NCBI GenBank assembly: GCA_047967505.1
Contig: CM106538.1
Origin: Dipteris shenzhenensis
Lineage: Eukaryota
DNA: 64,000 nt
Strand: one strand, 5' to 3'
The first letter of the stretch is position 1. Each line of letters begins with the position of its first letter. This document shows, piece after piece, positions 25,960-39,247 of the stretch. Below the pieces are notes generated by a model. It made no database searches and was not told the origin of the DNA. It saw only the letters and a list, made by a program, of their open reading frames with translations. A program made the position numbers and the translations under genes.

Positions 25960-26676
25960 CTACAAAGATACATTCAAGAGATCATTATTAGAATATTTGT
26001 TTAAAATATCTTTATGAAAAATATCCAAAAAACGTTATGGTCATTGCCATACTAATTAAGAATGTAAGTGTAGACTTCCGCAGTATATGATAAACGTTTT
26101 ATTCTAACAAATACATAGTCTTGTGAGAACTTTTCTTCATAACTGGAAATTTTATAGAACCAAATCAAGTATAGTGGTAACGAGAGTGGGTTGTGTCTTT
26201 TTAAAGCATCCTCGTGTACCCCAATGAAGTGACAACATCCTTGTGTACCCCAATGAAGTGACATATACTAATAGTAATGGTGAGAAACATTATCCAAAAA
26301 AGATCTTAAAATGTGTGCAGAGGGTTTCTCTCATTTGCTCAAAAAGAAATGTAGAGGGTTGTTTTGCTGGATAGTTTATCTCTTCAAATGTCTTTCTATT
26401 ATAGTATTTGGAACTAGTGAACATGAGATTTTGAGATGTACATTAGTTCATTAGATTTTGTTAAGCATTTTGTTAAGCATAGAGCTTAAGTTATGATGTT
26501 TAACAAGTCAACGAGTCTATTGGATGGTATAGTGATGGAATGAGCTTTTATAATGGATTGTGCATGAGCCTCTGGGTTTGGTTTAATGTTACAAGTATTT
26601 GTCTTTGAATTCTTAATTGACTCACATCTTTATCGTCAATGCATTTATAGTCATGAGTAGAATGACTTGTCGGTAG

Positions 26677-27664
26677 TGTTAGCCGAAAAAGAAATCAAGA
26701 CCAGAGGCTAGAGGATAGCTATGGCGACGCTCAAGGGCCATAGAGAAAAGGAGAACGTGAGGGCAAAACATTATCATGGGAGGGGAAAAGGGATTAGAAG
26801 GGGAGGGAATGAAGAGGGAGACTATGGCACAAGCGGAAATGGAGAGGGGGAAGAGAAGCATGCACATGAGGGGAGGAGGAATGTAAAGATGGAGACATCA
26901 AGGGAAGAGGGCCATGCTTTATTTGAAAGGAAGGGAAGGGGGAAATCAAAGTACTAGCTAGGTGGCTTTACAAGAATGAGCCTTTTCCATCAAGGAATAG
27001 CCCCCTCCTTTTATAGCCAAGAGAGGGGGTCTCTCCCAATAAATGCATCCTCCCACATGCATGGTGTGTGTGGAAAAGTCTCCCATGTGGGCTAGGCGGT
27101 TACACACTCTCAATTGTGTGCAACAACACTTTGCCTCATTTTTCCACATAAATCAAGCCCCATATCTCAAGTCTATGATACTCCCTTGGTCTCTTCCCAA
27201 TTTTATAATATGTTGCAACCTCTAGGAGGACAAGTGGAGGGTTGGCACAAGGAATCTTGCCACCTCATCCTACTTTCCCCATTATTTAACTTGCACTCTT
27301 GGACCTTCTATACCTCCCCCACATGGGCCTATCCTATATGGAGGGAATAACCCAATATAATATCCATCTCCACCTATTTTATATTACTTCTCCCATGGAC
27401 TTTGGGCCATATCTCACTAAATGCAGCCTAGGTGGAGGGGTGGCACATGGAGGAGCCATGCCACCTTACATTTTATAATATTACTACCATGGATTATGTA
27501 CATCACACCTTATGGGTCCTCTTACGTGGAAGGGTGGCACATGGTCATGCCCTGCCACCTCAACCCTGGGCCCTATGGACACCATATTTTATTATACTAT
27601 TACCACACATACAAACACACACTCATATTTATGCCTTTTTCCTTAGACAAATTTATCCATAACA
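26677..27664 (-). repeat. 3' LTR of gypsy element (~990 bp)
   Basis: TGTTA...TAACA termini adjacent to the PPT. Confidence 0.8.
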
Positions 27665-30600
27665 ATCCCCCCCCCCAGGCAGGGAATGCACAGCATTTCC
27701 ATGCCTAGGTCCATCATGCACAAAGAAGGGCTTGAGGTAATGCTTGTTGATCACCTTCTTGCCATATGGCTCATGTAGCTCCTGAACTTGTACATACCCA
27801 TTGCTACGTTCCTTGATGACTTTGTATGGACCAGTCGACAGTGGTAGAAACTTCTTATCCATTTGGTGGTCCAATCTGTTATCAAAGCATAGCACAACAT
27901 CCCCCTCAGCAAAGCGTCTTTCCCATCCCTTGTGAATCTTAGCATCCAAGCGGTCCTTTAGTCGATTCTTTTGGATCTCTGTTTGATGTAGTGCAAGGCA
28001 TCGGGTTTCATCTAACTTCTCAAGTTGTACCAATCTAGCCTCTACATGTTCATCTTCTGTCATCCTCTGTTCTTGTGACAATCTCAAGGCTGGAATCTCT
28101 ATCTCTAGTGGTAAAACTTCCTCAGTTCCATACACCAACTGAAAAGGAGTGTGACCTGTAGACATTTTATGAGTGATGTTGTAAACCCACACGGCTTCAG
28201 TGACCTTCTGATCCCATTGGCTCCGATTCCCTATGGCCATTTTTCCCATGGTTTTACAAAGGAGGCCATTGGTCCGCTCTGTTTGACCCATGGATGCTGG
28301 ATAATAGATGCTAGAAGTGTGATGATCAATACCCATGCGATCCATGAGTAACTCCACTACTTCATTTAAGAATGGACTCCCATATGGGGTCCATGGGTGT
28401 CCCAAACCTTGTGCAGATACGTTCAAATATGAAATTTGAAATTGCCTTACCATTTGCAGCGCGTAGGGCGATAGCTTCAACCCACTTAGTGACATACTAA
28501 GTGGCTACCAAAAGATACTTCTGTTTTGGGCAGTCATGGGCAAGGGCCTGACAAAATCTATTCCCCACTTCTGAAATGGATGGATGGACATCACTGGGTG
28601 ATGTTGCCCTGGACGCAAATCTTTCCTACCAAAGAATTGGCATGGTTCACAGGTTTTTCAATACAAAGTGACATCCTTGAACAAGGTCAGCCAATAGTAT
28701 CCAGCATGTAAAATCTTCTTAGTTGTATAGTCACTGGCATAGTGGCCTCCACAAAATCCATCATGATAATGCTTCAATACCTTAGGCACTTCATCTGCAT
28801 CAATGGCCCATCTTAGTACCCCATCCATGTCTTGACGGTACAACACCCCATCAAAGAGGGTGTAGCGCCTACTATCTCTGTGGATCTTCTTTCTCTCATA
28901 GCTAGTACTTTCTAGAGGAAAGGAGAAAGCAGTCAGAAACCTGTAGATACCACCATACCATGGATCCCCAACTTCTATGGCCGCTACAAGGGTTACATCA
29001 AGGCACTCCTCTAAATCAATCAAAGGATTCTTCAAGTTGGAACAACCCCCTTTTACAATTTTGAAAGAAAAATCATATTCTTGTAGAACTGCCAACCATT
29101 TGGCCAACCGGCCCATGGGATTTGGTTATTGAAGAACTTGTTTTCCAAGACCAGTGCTAGTGAGTATAATGAAGGACTTTCCAGCCACATAATGCTTAAA
29201 TTTCTCAATGCAGAACACCAAAGACAAGGCATGCTTGTCAACCTCTGAATAGCATCACTCAGTGTCAAGCAATTGTCGAGAAGCAAATCGAACAGGATAC
29301 ATGAACCGATCCTCCCCTTGCTGGAGAAGAATACCTGCCAGAGTGTGATCACCAAACCCAGGATTGATATAGAAAGTCTTTGACTAATCTGGATTGCGTA
29401 GAATGGGTTCTGAAGCCAGAGCATTCTTGATTTGTGCAAACCCATGATCACAATCCTCATCCCAAGAGAAATCAACCCCATCTTTTAATAGCATAGTCAC
29501 GGGTCATGTCAAAGCAGCATATTTATCAATGAAGCGGTGATAGTATCCTACTAGATTGACAAATGAGCATACCTGACGTTTGGCTGTTGGTGGGGAGAGC
29601 TTGAGGATGGCTTCTACCTTCTCGGGGTCAGGCTTGACGCTCTCAGATGAGACAATATGTCCCAGTAACCTCCCTTGAGTGGCTCCAATGGTGCATTTCT
29701 CAGGGTTGAGACTGCCATTCGCATCATTGACCCTTTGGAAGGCCAACCTAACCTTCATGACATGCTCCTTACGTGATGAGAATATACAGAAATCATCTAA
29801 AAACACCTCCAAGAAATCCCCCAAATAAGGAGCAAACACCATCGGCATAAATCTTTGAAAGGTAGCAAGAGCATTGGTGAGGCCAAACGGCATTACTTTG
29901 AATGCAAATGTCACCCAGGGTGTGGCAAATGTGGTTTTGAGCACATCTTCTTCGACAATTCTGATTTGATAAAACCTGTAGTAACCATCACAGAAAGTAT
30001 ACATCTCATGACCACTTACCTTCTCAAGAATGAGGTCTTGAAAGGGAAGAGGATGATGGTCCCTCTTGGTGGCTGCATTGAGTTTCTTATAGTCGATGCA
30101 GTCCCGCCACTTGTTGGTTTTCTTTGGGATAACTACCACTGGTGAAACCCATTCAGTTTTGTGAATTGGAACAATAAACCCAGCTTCTACAAGTTTCTAC
30201 AACTCTGAGCACAAAGCATCAATCTATAGGGGCCCTTATCTTCGATACTTCTAAGCCACAGGCTTTGCATCAGTTCAGCTCTATCTTGTGTTCTATCGCA
30301 GTCACATGGCGAAGGTGGTGGTAGCTAGTTGCGAAAAGGTGAGGAAAATCTCTGAACATTTCTAGGAACTCATCTTTCTCACTTGGAGTGAGGTCTGGGG
30401 AAAGCATAGATTCAAGCTATTGAGGACTAGCTATTACCTTTTCTGTAGGTGGCGGGGTCGGAGACACCCCCATCATGTAAACTTCCTCCTTTGAGAACTC
30501 CTCCCCCCCGTCTGATTCTTCCATTGATTCAAACACCGAGGATGAGAGAGTATCACTGTCTTGCTCCTCTTCTTCTTCTGGTTCTGTGGCACCTGGTTGC

Positions 30601-31650
30601 ACTGGGATCTTCTCCTTAGAAGCACCAAAAGACACGTGTCATGTCTTCTGATAGCTGACTGCATCACTCTTTCTCAACCATGGTCTCCTGAGTATGGCTG
30701 GGTAACTCTTGCCTGTATCTTGGATGTCCACTACATAGAAATTGACGGTGGTGGTCAACCCATTAACAATGATGGGCAAATCCTCAATGACTCCCAGGGT
30801 GGCGAGTCGGTGACCATCTGCTACCTGGATTCGAGTGGAGGAACGCCTTATGCATTTCAAATTCAATTTCTTCATGATTCGAGGCACCATGATATTACAT
30901 GCAGCTCGCCCATCAACACACACACTTTTGACATGACAATTATCTATGATGACATCTACTATATGTGGGTGCCGATCAATTTCTTCGGAGATAGAAGATA
31001 CCTCTCATACCTTTCCCTTTTTCTTGCTCCTCCTTGTTGAGAGCCCTTGCTGTAGCTCACATCTTACCTTATGGCTTAATGCTATTAGTTGAGGGAGCGT
31101 GATACTCAAAGACCGATGAGCAAGGTCCTGAATGACCAAATAGTCCTCTTGCCCTGAGCCAATGGGAAAATCCGAGGGCGACCACTTACTCCTATGGGAT
31201 CTTTTAGTCTTCTCTATTGGTGGGTTTGCCATCTCAGCATCTGAGGGCTCTAAGAAGGACACCTTCTTCCTAGGGCGGCCTAGTCCACAGTTTGGAGAGG
31301 GGTCCGAGGTGGTACGACTTCTTTTCCTAAGGTCAAGGATCTCTACATCAGAATCATCAGTGCAAGATTCACTTAGAAGATTCACCCTTGGAATATTGGG
31401 GCATTCCGTGCAATAATGACCCTTCTAGTGGCACTCGTAGCATACAACATTAGCACGGTCCCTTGGAGGGCAGTTGGATTGATTTTTGATGCCCACCCAC
31501 ACCATCTCAAGCCGAAGATCATTCAGGGCCTTGGCTAGGTCATTCACTCCAGGTTCTGTTGCAGAGGGGGCCTCTTTAGCTGGAGAAGGGCGCACATGGC
31601 TAGGTGTATGGATCTGCTATGCATAAGGAGGTCCCATCACACCAATAGAA
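26677..31650 (-). mobile_element. Non-chromoviral Ty3/gypsy element (gag end, PR, RT, RH, INT, PPT, 3' LTR); 5' part missing, that boundary approximate
   Basis: Minus strand: CYECH*KGHYCTEC, VDGRAACNIM (PR), MPFGLTNA and FLDDF (RT), GRLAKW, GQTERTN and GPYKV (INT). Poly-G PPT at 27667-27676. LTR 26677-27664. Confidence 0.9.
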
Positions 31651-34258
31651 TCATCACTATTAAATACGAACCCTGCCCTTACAAGGGCACCCCTCTCATC
31701 TACAGTCATTGATGTCCCACTTGCAACCTTCCATACACTTGGAGAGACCCCAGGAACACCTTGAATGGATTTATCCACATTCCATGTATGGGTGACAGAA
31801 GTATTACAAAACCATACAAACTGCTCTGTCACTCCATGAGAATGTTGCCTTCTTCCCTTAAAACAAGGGGCTGGCACACCATAACTTGCACTTCTACCAA
31901 GTGCATTGATTAGTGCCCCACATCGTCTCTGACTCTCTGCCAAGTAGCCAAAGCATGTGACAACGCTATGTGGTTCAGTTCTCCTGATCGCCCAATTGGC
32001 TTCATGAATATCTATCTCTCTACAAACCATGTCCTGTGATGGACTTTTAAAATCAATTTGTCTTCTTTTTCCTATCACTCTCCTTGTTGTCACTGTCATG
32101 TATTCTGGTCGATGATTATCATTTGCATGGACCGATGTTGAACATTTTGAACCCCTCTTTCTTCTTATGCTCACCGGTTCTGTTATTGGCCTATTCATCT
32201 CAGGAGATTATATCCCACCCTCTTCAATCACTATGTGTGATAAATCCACAAGCCTATTTCTGTCCCCTTTACCAGACCCACTACCATCAAGTATTCTTCA
32301 CCGGAGAGCATCCAAATTTGGTCCTGTACCCAAGTGTCTTCCATTCATAAAGGAATTGTAGTGGGAACTCTGAAGGACACTCATTGCAAGATCTACTGCA
32401 CAAGCATCATGCACAAGCATCATACAATGTTATGTGTTTTGCATATCCATGTGCTGCTCTCATGCTAGAATGTTTTGTCTCTGAAAGGTTCACTGTAGGA
32501 ACAAATCCAGAGTGCTCTTCTTGCTGCAAGAACATTCCCCCCCACTGGTTGACTCTAACATCCCACCAAGCAAGCCACGTATGCAATGTTGGTAGCTCAC
32601 CTTCCTTCACATGAATTGGGGACCAATACAAATTCAATGTTTGTTTGCATTGGTCTGCAGAAGTTGAAGTTGTTGCCTCTCTCCACTTCCGACATAGAAG
32701 TTTATGCTCCTCCTGAAATTGTGGCTTAATGCATCGTCTGGTGTGCTCAACCATGCTCATCTCCCAATGGAAAACACAAGTTCTTTCTCTACCATCCATC
32801 ACATTTTTTGGTCCCCCATTGTAAACAGTGCGGACAGCCAGCCAATTTGCTCCTGCTCCATCTGCCATAATCCACGGAATTCAGGTTTTTTTAAACCATT
32901 CTTCTCCATTGTATTGTTCAGTAGCTCCTAGAATCGAACTTGAGCATGGTTATCCTCCACCTTGAATTCACATATTGCTATAGTTAATAGTTCCCTTATG
33001 AATGGGTCATACACATGAGCACCCATTGTTGACCATCCCCTCACTCGATGGACATGGTCAAAATGAACCCATTGTGATCCCAAGCTCCCACCAGGCCGCA
33101 TGCGATTCACTAGATCAACTCCTGATCCTGGACCAATGGTCGACATTTTGAAGATATGTGGTTGTTGTTCATCTTGCAATTGTTCCTGAAATAGGATACT
33201 TTGTAGGTATGGATATTTGCATCTCCTCTTTAAATCAAGTATTGAATCCATTCCACCATCCCCTCCTCTAGCCTCACTTCTTGCGCTCTGCACCACTCTC
33301 TGAAGCCTCCTTCTCTGGGTCATTGGTGTAATGGTTTCAAGCACTTCTTCGAACTTGTGATCATCTAGCGGCTCCACAACAACCCCATCCTTTGCTAGCA
33401 TCATCTCCATCACAAGGTCTTGTGCCACAGACACCTCGATATTTTTGCAAGAGGAATTTCCATTCAACCTTGCACGCATTGAAATGAGATCATCAAACTT
33501 GCATTTCCTTTGCTCGACTTCTACCTTTTTCAACTGGATGGTCATGGAAACCCACATGCACTGCGCATCTTGTTGTCTTCACTCGTTCATGGGGAAAGCA
33601 ATAATATATAATAGCACTGCATAGGTAAACACACTCTGGTATTGCATCACAATGCTTGCACATAAGTGACCCCAATGCTGGAACCAGGTAGAGGAGGTCT
33701 CCTAAGATTTCCTTTCCATTGTGTATCATTTAAAACTCCCATTCGTTCAAGGAAAGGACAATCCAAATTACAACATCTCAAATAACCTGAACATCTACTC
33801 ATTCTCACAACACCATTGAAGTAGTCTTGCGAACATGTGGAATATTTTGTCCAAACATGACCATCAGCATTCTGTTCCATTCCAGACATTGGTGAACCCT
33901 TAGGCATAGGTGGAAGTTCGAAGACAATATATCCATCATAAGTTAGAGGAAGCTCAGTAACCTTCTCCACTCGAACTGCAGATTTGAGCGCAACATGAAG
34001 AGAACTATTCAAAGGCATCCTCTCTATCAGTGAAACCACACTATTTAGTTCATGATTCATAAAGTCACCATGAGAACCTCTTTTATAGGGCATGTGAACT
34101 CTTAAGGTTGATTGTTGGCTACCACTAATCTTGAACCCTTTCTGACCATCCTCTAAGTTTACCACTGGAAGTACAATGGCAAGCTCATCTATTCCGATTT
34201 CTTGATGCAGCTCAATGTCCTCGTTCTCAATGTGAAAGTGTTCCTTAAGCTCCACCAA
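31617..34258 (-). pseudogene. Mutator-like (MULE) DDE transposase with N-terminal GCM/WRKY-like Zn domain, decayed
   Basis: HFDHVHRV (D1), MADGAGA (D2), TCVFHW (CxxH) and TVNLSE (E); N-terminal RCSGYLRC..C, CKHC and H.GFHDHP. Confidence 0.75.
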
Positions 34259-37200
34259 TGAAACCTCTAGGAAAGGAGTGTCAAAACCTCGTCAAAACGA
34301 ATGGTCAATGATTCGTGTTCTCCAAAGCGAATGAAAACTGAGAAAGGCATGATTCAAATGCTAGAGCCAAGATGTAGCACCAGACGACACCAACCAAAGA
34401 ACAAGAGAAAAGCTAGCTACACAAAAGGTCCAGAAGCAGGGAGGCAAAAGAAGAAATGGCATAGATGTGTTGGAGACCAAAGAGAATGGAGCAAAGAGAA
34501 GTGTTGAAAGAGCCACTGAGAGGGATTATGGGAGAGAAGAGAAGAAGCAAGTTCGTCTCTATAAGTGTCAAATGCAAATGGATGTCACTATTAGCATCCA
34601 AGGTGGTCGTTTAACTGCAAGTCTTTATTGAACAAGATGTGTTTATTTGTTTAGAATAATGGTAATCTTTGAACAAGATGCCTTCATGCATATAGTAACT
34701 TGAATGACGCCTCCATGCATTTCATTCAATAAGGGTGTACATTTAATATAAATGAATAAAAAGAGAAGTAACTTTGAAATTTATATAATTGAAAGACTAA
34801 AATATCAAGAAAAAAATTAAAGATTTATAATTACTATATTTTACTAGTAATAGTTAGAATGAGTAGTATCTTCAAATCCATATCTAAAATGAAAACTATC
34901 AAAACGTGTTAGTTTACTTCACATTTGCATGAACGAGCAATATTACTATTTCCATCATGAGTCATTACAAGGTGTTCTCCTCACTATTACAAGGGTTATG
35001 CGGTTTCTGGCGTTACCCATACCCACGTCTTCTCCTACCGTCTAATAATGACCAGGCCTGCAAAATCTGATAAAATCGTTTCTCTAAAGGCTAGGCCTAC
35101 CATCGACTGAGCGTTGGGCGGGGTGACAGGTCCATTGGAATTCGAGAGGAGTAAATGCTGATGAAACTGATGGAAAACATTGGCTCGTAAAAGAAGAGGA
35201 AGATCTCAAGAAGCACGCTCCAGCATCCACATTCCAGAGTCTAGTTGGTAGCTGGTTGATAATGGAAACATAAACCCATAAGGCCACTCCACTCAATTGC
35301 TTTTTCAATTGCTCCTTTTCGAGGAGAGCCATTCCTTGTCTGAACGGTGCGAAAAGGAGTCAGCGATTCTTTCACAGAGGCTAAACTTTCTATCCAACGA
35401 TCATTTTCGAGGCATCACGTTCTTCGGCGAAGTTGGACCTCAAGATGCCCATCCGTGATCAATCACGAACAAGATCATACGTGTTAATCTGACCACGAAG
35501 CGAAGCGATATTTCGAAGCGATAGTTAGGAAACCGATGCGAATCCTTCAATATTCTTTCGAAGCGAAGCGAAGCGATATTCTTTTGGCGTTGTTAGGAAA
35601 CCGATGCGAATCCTAAACACAATCCTAAACGCTAGGCTTTCGGCTCGTTGGAGCTTGTTCTCACCATCTCTGGGCTACGTCCTACACCACACCACTCATT
35701 TAAATTTTGGGCTTCCATTTTCATGTGCAACAGCCATCTGTTGCAACCAAATGGTTATTAGCTGCACGTAATCACGAGCTGTGCACCCTACTTATAGCAG
35801 CAAAGGATAAGACCTACAAAACTTCGGCATTGTCATGTGCCTGTTTTAAAGCAACTCAACGCTCCTGGTATTAGTGCCCCCTTTGAAAGAAATGCACTGA
35901 AATGTTTGGCTGCAAACAATTCACTACCGCTCGAAAGCAATTCACTACTATTCATTACAGGGTCTAAAATGTTTGGAAACATACTACATGTACTATACGG
36001 TAAAATAGGGCAATTTCGGAATGTGGATTCAAATTGGAAGTTGACACGAAAGTGTTAACCTCTCTTTTAAGCAACTGCTTCAACATATTCTCTCCAATTC
36101 AAAAAAAGTTTGTGTGCTGTTGGAATGCGTCAACGTTAACTGACAATATATATACACAGATAGAGTCGGCCAGTAGCAATTAAAGACCAACAAGCCAACT
36201 CATACAAGTGTGAGGCTTCCTGGCGGAGGAATGGTAACAGGAGGGGATGATTCGCCTTTACTACCTCTGTAGAGATCTTCACTCTTGGTGCTTAATCAAC
36301 CAACGTGTGATTCTTCCTCGATATTATCCTCGCATGGCTCTATGTCTTTCGTTTTCCATATTTCATGAATCGAAAAACATTCTTGGGCTGAAATGTCAAT
36401 AATTAGGATGGCCAGCGAAGGTGATCGAGCGCGATGTAAACTGCAAGGGCTGCAACGAGGACCGAAGGATGTCGCTCTCTCTGTGTGCTCTTGCGCTGGT
36501 CTCTCCTAGACACCGAACATCAATCAATTCCTGATCTCTCCTAGACACCGAAAACTTGCGCTGGTCTCTCCTAGACACCAAAAACTCTCGAGCAATCAGT
36601 TCGAGCATGGTTCCTCGCTACTGCAAGCTACTTTCAAGCAATATACAATTGTTCTATAACAATATATAAGCTCAATTGTTCTTTGCTAGATCCTCACTTC
36701 TCGCGTGCTGTGCAAAACACTCTCTCTCGCTCGCTTGATCTCCTACTCTAAGTCTCACTCTTTTTGTGCCAAAAAGGACTTCACGTTAGAGCCCTTTTTG
36801 CTACCGTCGGCGTACCTTCTACCCGTTGCCGACTCCACTGCTCTACTTTCGCATGCTGCTACTTTCGCGCTCCATTTACTCTTGTCTCAGTAACGTGGCT
36901 CGTTTTGTCTTAGTAACACCGCCTCACCGCAAAGCCGCCTCACCGCCTCCTCACCGCTTCACCGCCTCACCGCCTCCATCCTTCCTTCCTTCCATAGTCA
37001 TTCTGTCCATAGCTCTCACCTCATCGTCTGCTCCATCTTCCTATCTTTCTCTTCGCCACCTTTCCTCTTTGCCACCTCGTTTCTCTTCTTCCTTCGCTCC
37101 CTTCTCCTCACCATGATATCATAGTATCTCTCGTTGCTCTTGTGCCAAAGCTTTTCTTTCACATTGATGGACCTCCTTCGTAACAAGGCGCACTGGTTAT

Positions 37201-37660
37201 TCTTTTGTGGCTTTACTCCACGTACCCGAGACCCCTTGTTTTGCTTCCTAGCCTCAACGACAATTTCTTCTCTGAATGGCATTCAAGGCGCGAGCTCCGC
37301 TGGCGGTGTGACCATGGGAGTGGATGGGAACTTACAAGGCAAGGCCACACAATCCGCATAGCTTCTGTTTCACCGATTGTAGCGATGGTTTCCTCGTCCG
37401 CAAGAGCACGTGCCAATGGAGCCGAGGCTTACCTCACGATGCCATTTCCATTTGCAAAAGATCAGAAGAGATAGAGAGATCGACTGCTCCTCACCGCCTC
37501 CTCCTCACCGCCTCACCGCCTTGGCTCCTCACCTCCTCACTGCCTCCAATCCTCACCTCCTCACCGCAAATCCTCACTGCCAATCCTCATTGACAAGTCG
37601 ACCTCATTGAAGGTTGGAATCCTTATCGTGTTAGAGATTCCATTCCTGCCCTCTCTTGGA

Positions 37661-38693
37661 TGTGGTGGCAGTTGGACTGCCTGGGGCAGCAAAAGAGGCA
37701 GCGCGTTAACGCGCTGCCTCTTTTGCTGCCCTAGGCAGTCCAACAGCCACCACAACATTTGAACCTGCCCCAGGCTATGGGATGTACGCCTTTCTGTATA
37801 GTCTAATTAGTCTGCATTTTGGCGTCGGATTTTATCTCCTCGGGCTCTTCACGACTTTTGCTTGCTCCATTTTGTTTCGTTACTCCATTTTGCTTGCGCT
37901 TCTCGGTGGTTGTTGCTTAGGACTCGATGGTGTTCACAGGTTTTTTGTTGACTTGGTTGTGTAGCAGCCCGAGGTATCATTTCATTTCATAGGACTTGCC
38001 GTCAAAAATTTGTGCCCATATTCTACAAACCATATATACGAGGCATGTATGTGGTTGCTAGAGTTACCCAGAGTCATGCAAGGGAGGGGAACTTGGACTG
38101 TGGAGGGCAGTAAAAGAGGCAGCGCGTTAACGCGCTGCCTCTTTTGTTGCCCCAGGCAGTCCAAGACCCTCTCCCATGTGAGGCATTCAAGTGATATTCA
38201 ACTCTTGAACGGATGAAAGAAGTTCACAAAACAAATGAGCGAGTGCAAGTCCAATGTTCAAGCGTAGAGATAAGAGGAAAATTTTTAGGAAACCTTGTAG
38301 ACCATCGGCATCTAGGTAGCATTTCGAAGACAGTCCTATTTATGCTCTAGAATTGCATGAGAGACCAAAAGAGACAGCGCGTTAACGCGTTGCCTATTTT
38401 GGTCCCTCGGGCAGTCCAATAGTCCCCTCCTTGCATAGCGATCAAAAGACCATGTGACCTATCCCTCCAAGAGTCCAATAGCATTCCAAAGACCATAAGA
38501 CCTGTATACCAAAGCATACTTGGAGACAAAAGATGAAATGGTCGAAGCAACCTCTTGTGAGTATTGATACATGGAGGATTGAGTAGAAAAGCCTTGCTAA
38601 AAAGCCTTCATGAAAGACAGCTTGAGATGCCAAAAAGGACAGCGCATTAATGTGCTGTCCTTTTTCGCTTCTCAAGGTGTCTTTTCATGAGGG
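37661..38693. repeat. Array of four loop-less palindromes centred at 37707/8, 38128/9, 38383/4 and 38648/9
   Basis: Core CAGCGCGTTAACGCGCTG. Copy 1 is 94 bp with 2 mismatches. Outer arms differ between copies but stay self-complementary. Confidence 0.92.
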
Positions 38694-39247
38694 TAAGGGG
38701 TAGGCATAGAAGTGCATATTTGCCACTGCAATTCCATATATCCAAGTGTATAGATACCACTGCAAGTTGATATACTATGTGCATTGGAGATGAAACTTTT
38801 TCTTTTAGGACACAAGTGGGTGAATGTTCCCTAAACTGGAAATCAATTGCATTGGTAGATACATGTATTTTTGTCTAGATATGTAAAATGATATTTATTC
38901 ATAAGTGCGAGTTTACACACCTTTGCATTCATATATGTCAGCAGTTTGAGATATTTGTTTGAAGCTTTTTCCTTATGAGGTGTACACACTTCATTATCTG
39001 TTTGGGGCTTTGCCCTCGTGATATGTATTGCATATGTTTTCATAAACAAAACCTTTATCATATATATATGTGAAAAAGCTCTCATGTTTTTTTGAGCATA
39101 TGGAAAGATTTGAGAAGACCTTTGAACCTGCCATAGGTTATACTCTATTTGTTGTTACATGTTGTTTCTTGTTTTTAGTTTTGGTTTTTATTGAAAAGGT
39201 TTTGAGAACTATGATTGGAAAAATGCCTTGTTTTTTGTCTTTTCAGG

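Larger units (their letters stand above)
24441..26676 (-). mobile_element. CACTA/EnSpm element, 3' terminal portion only
   Basis: Terminus CACTACTACAAAA at 24441, subterminal repeat array and a TnpA-like last exon; cut by a gypsy LTR at 26677. Confidence 0.85.

Noticed and set aside
34700-34714. TGACGCCTCC as the MULE terminus (resembles the MITE end at 10941)
   Set aside because: It is part of a local direct repeat, and no partner TIR or TSD was found.
35084-35332. Possible host gene first exon on the minus strand (MALLEKEQL...)
   Set aside because: No recognisable domain, the putative intron is only ~43 bp, and the downstream frame is not sustained.
37661-38693. Palindrome array as CRISPR or rho-independent terminators
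   Set aside because: Units are 75-95 bp loop-less palindromes with irregular 160-330 bp gaps and no U-tails, in a eukaryotic locus.
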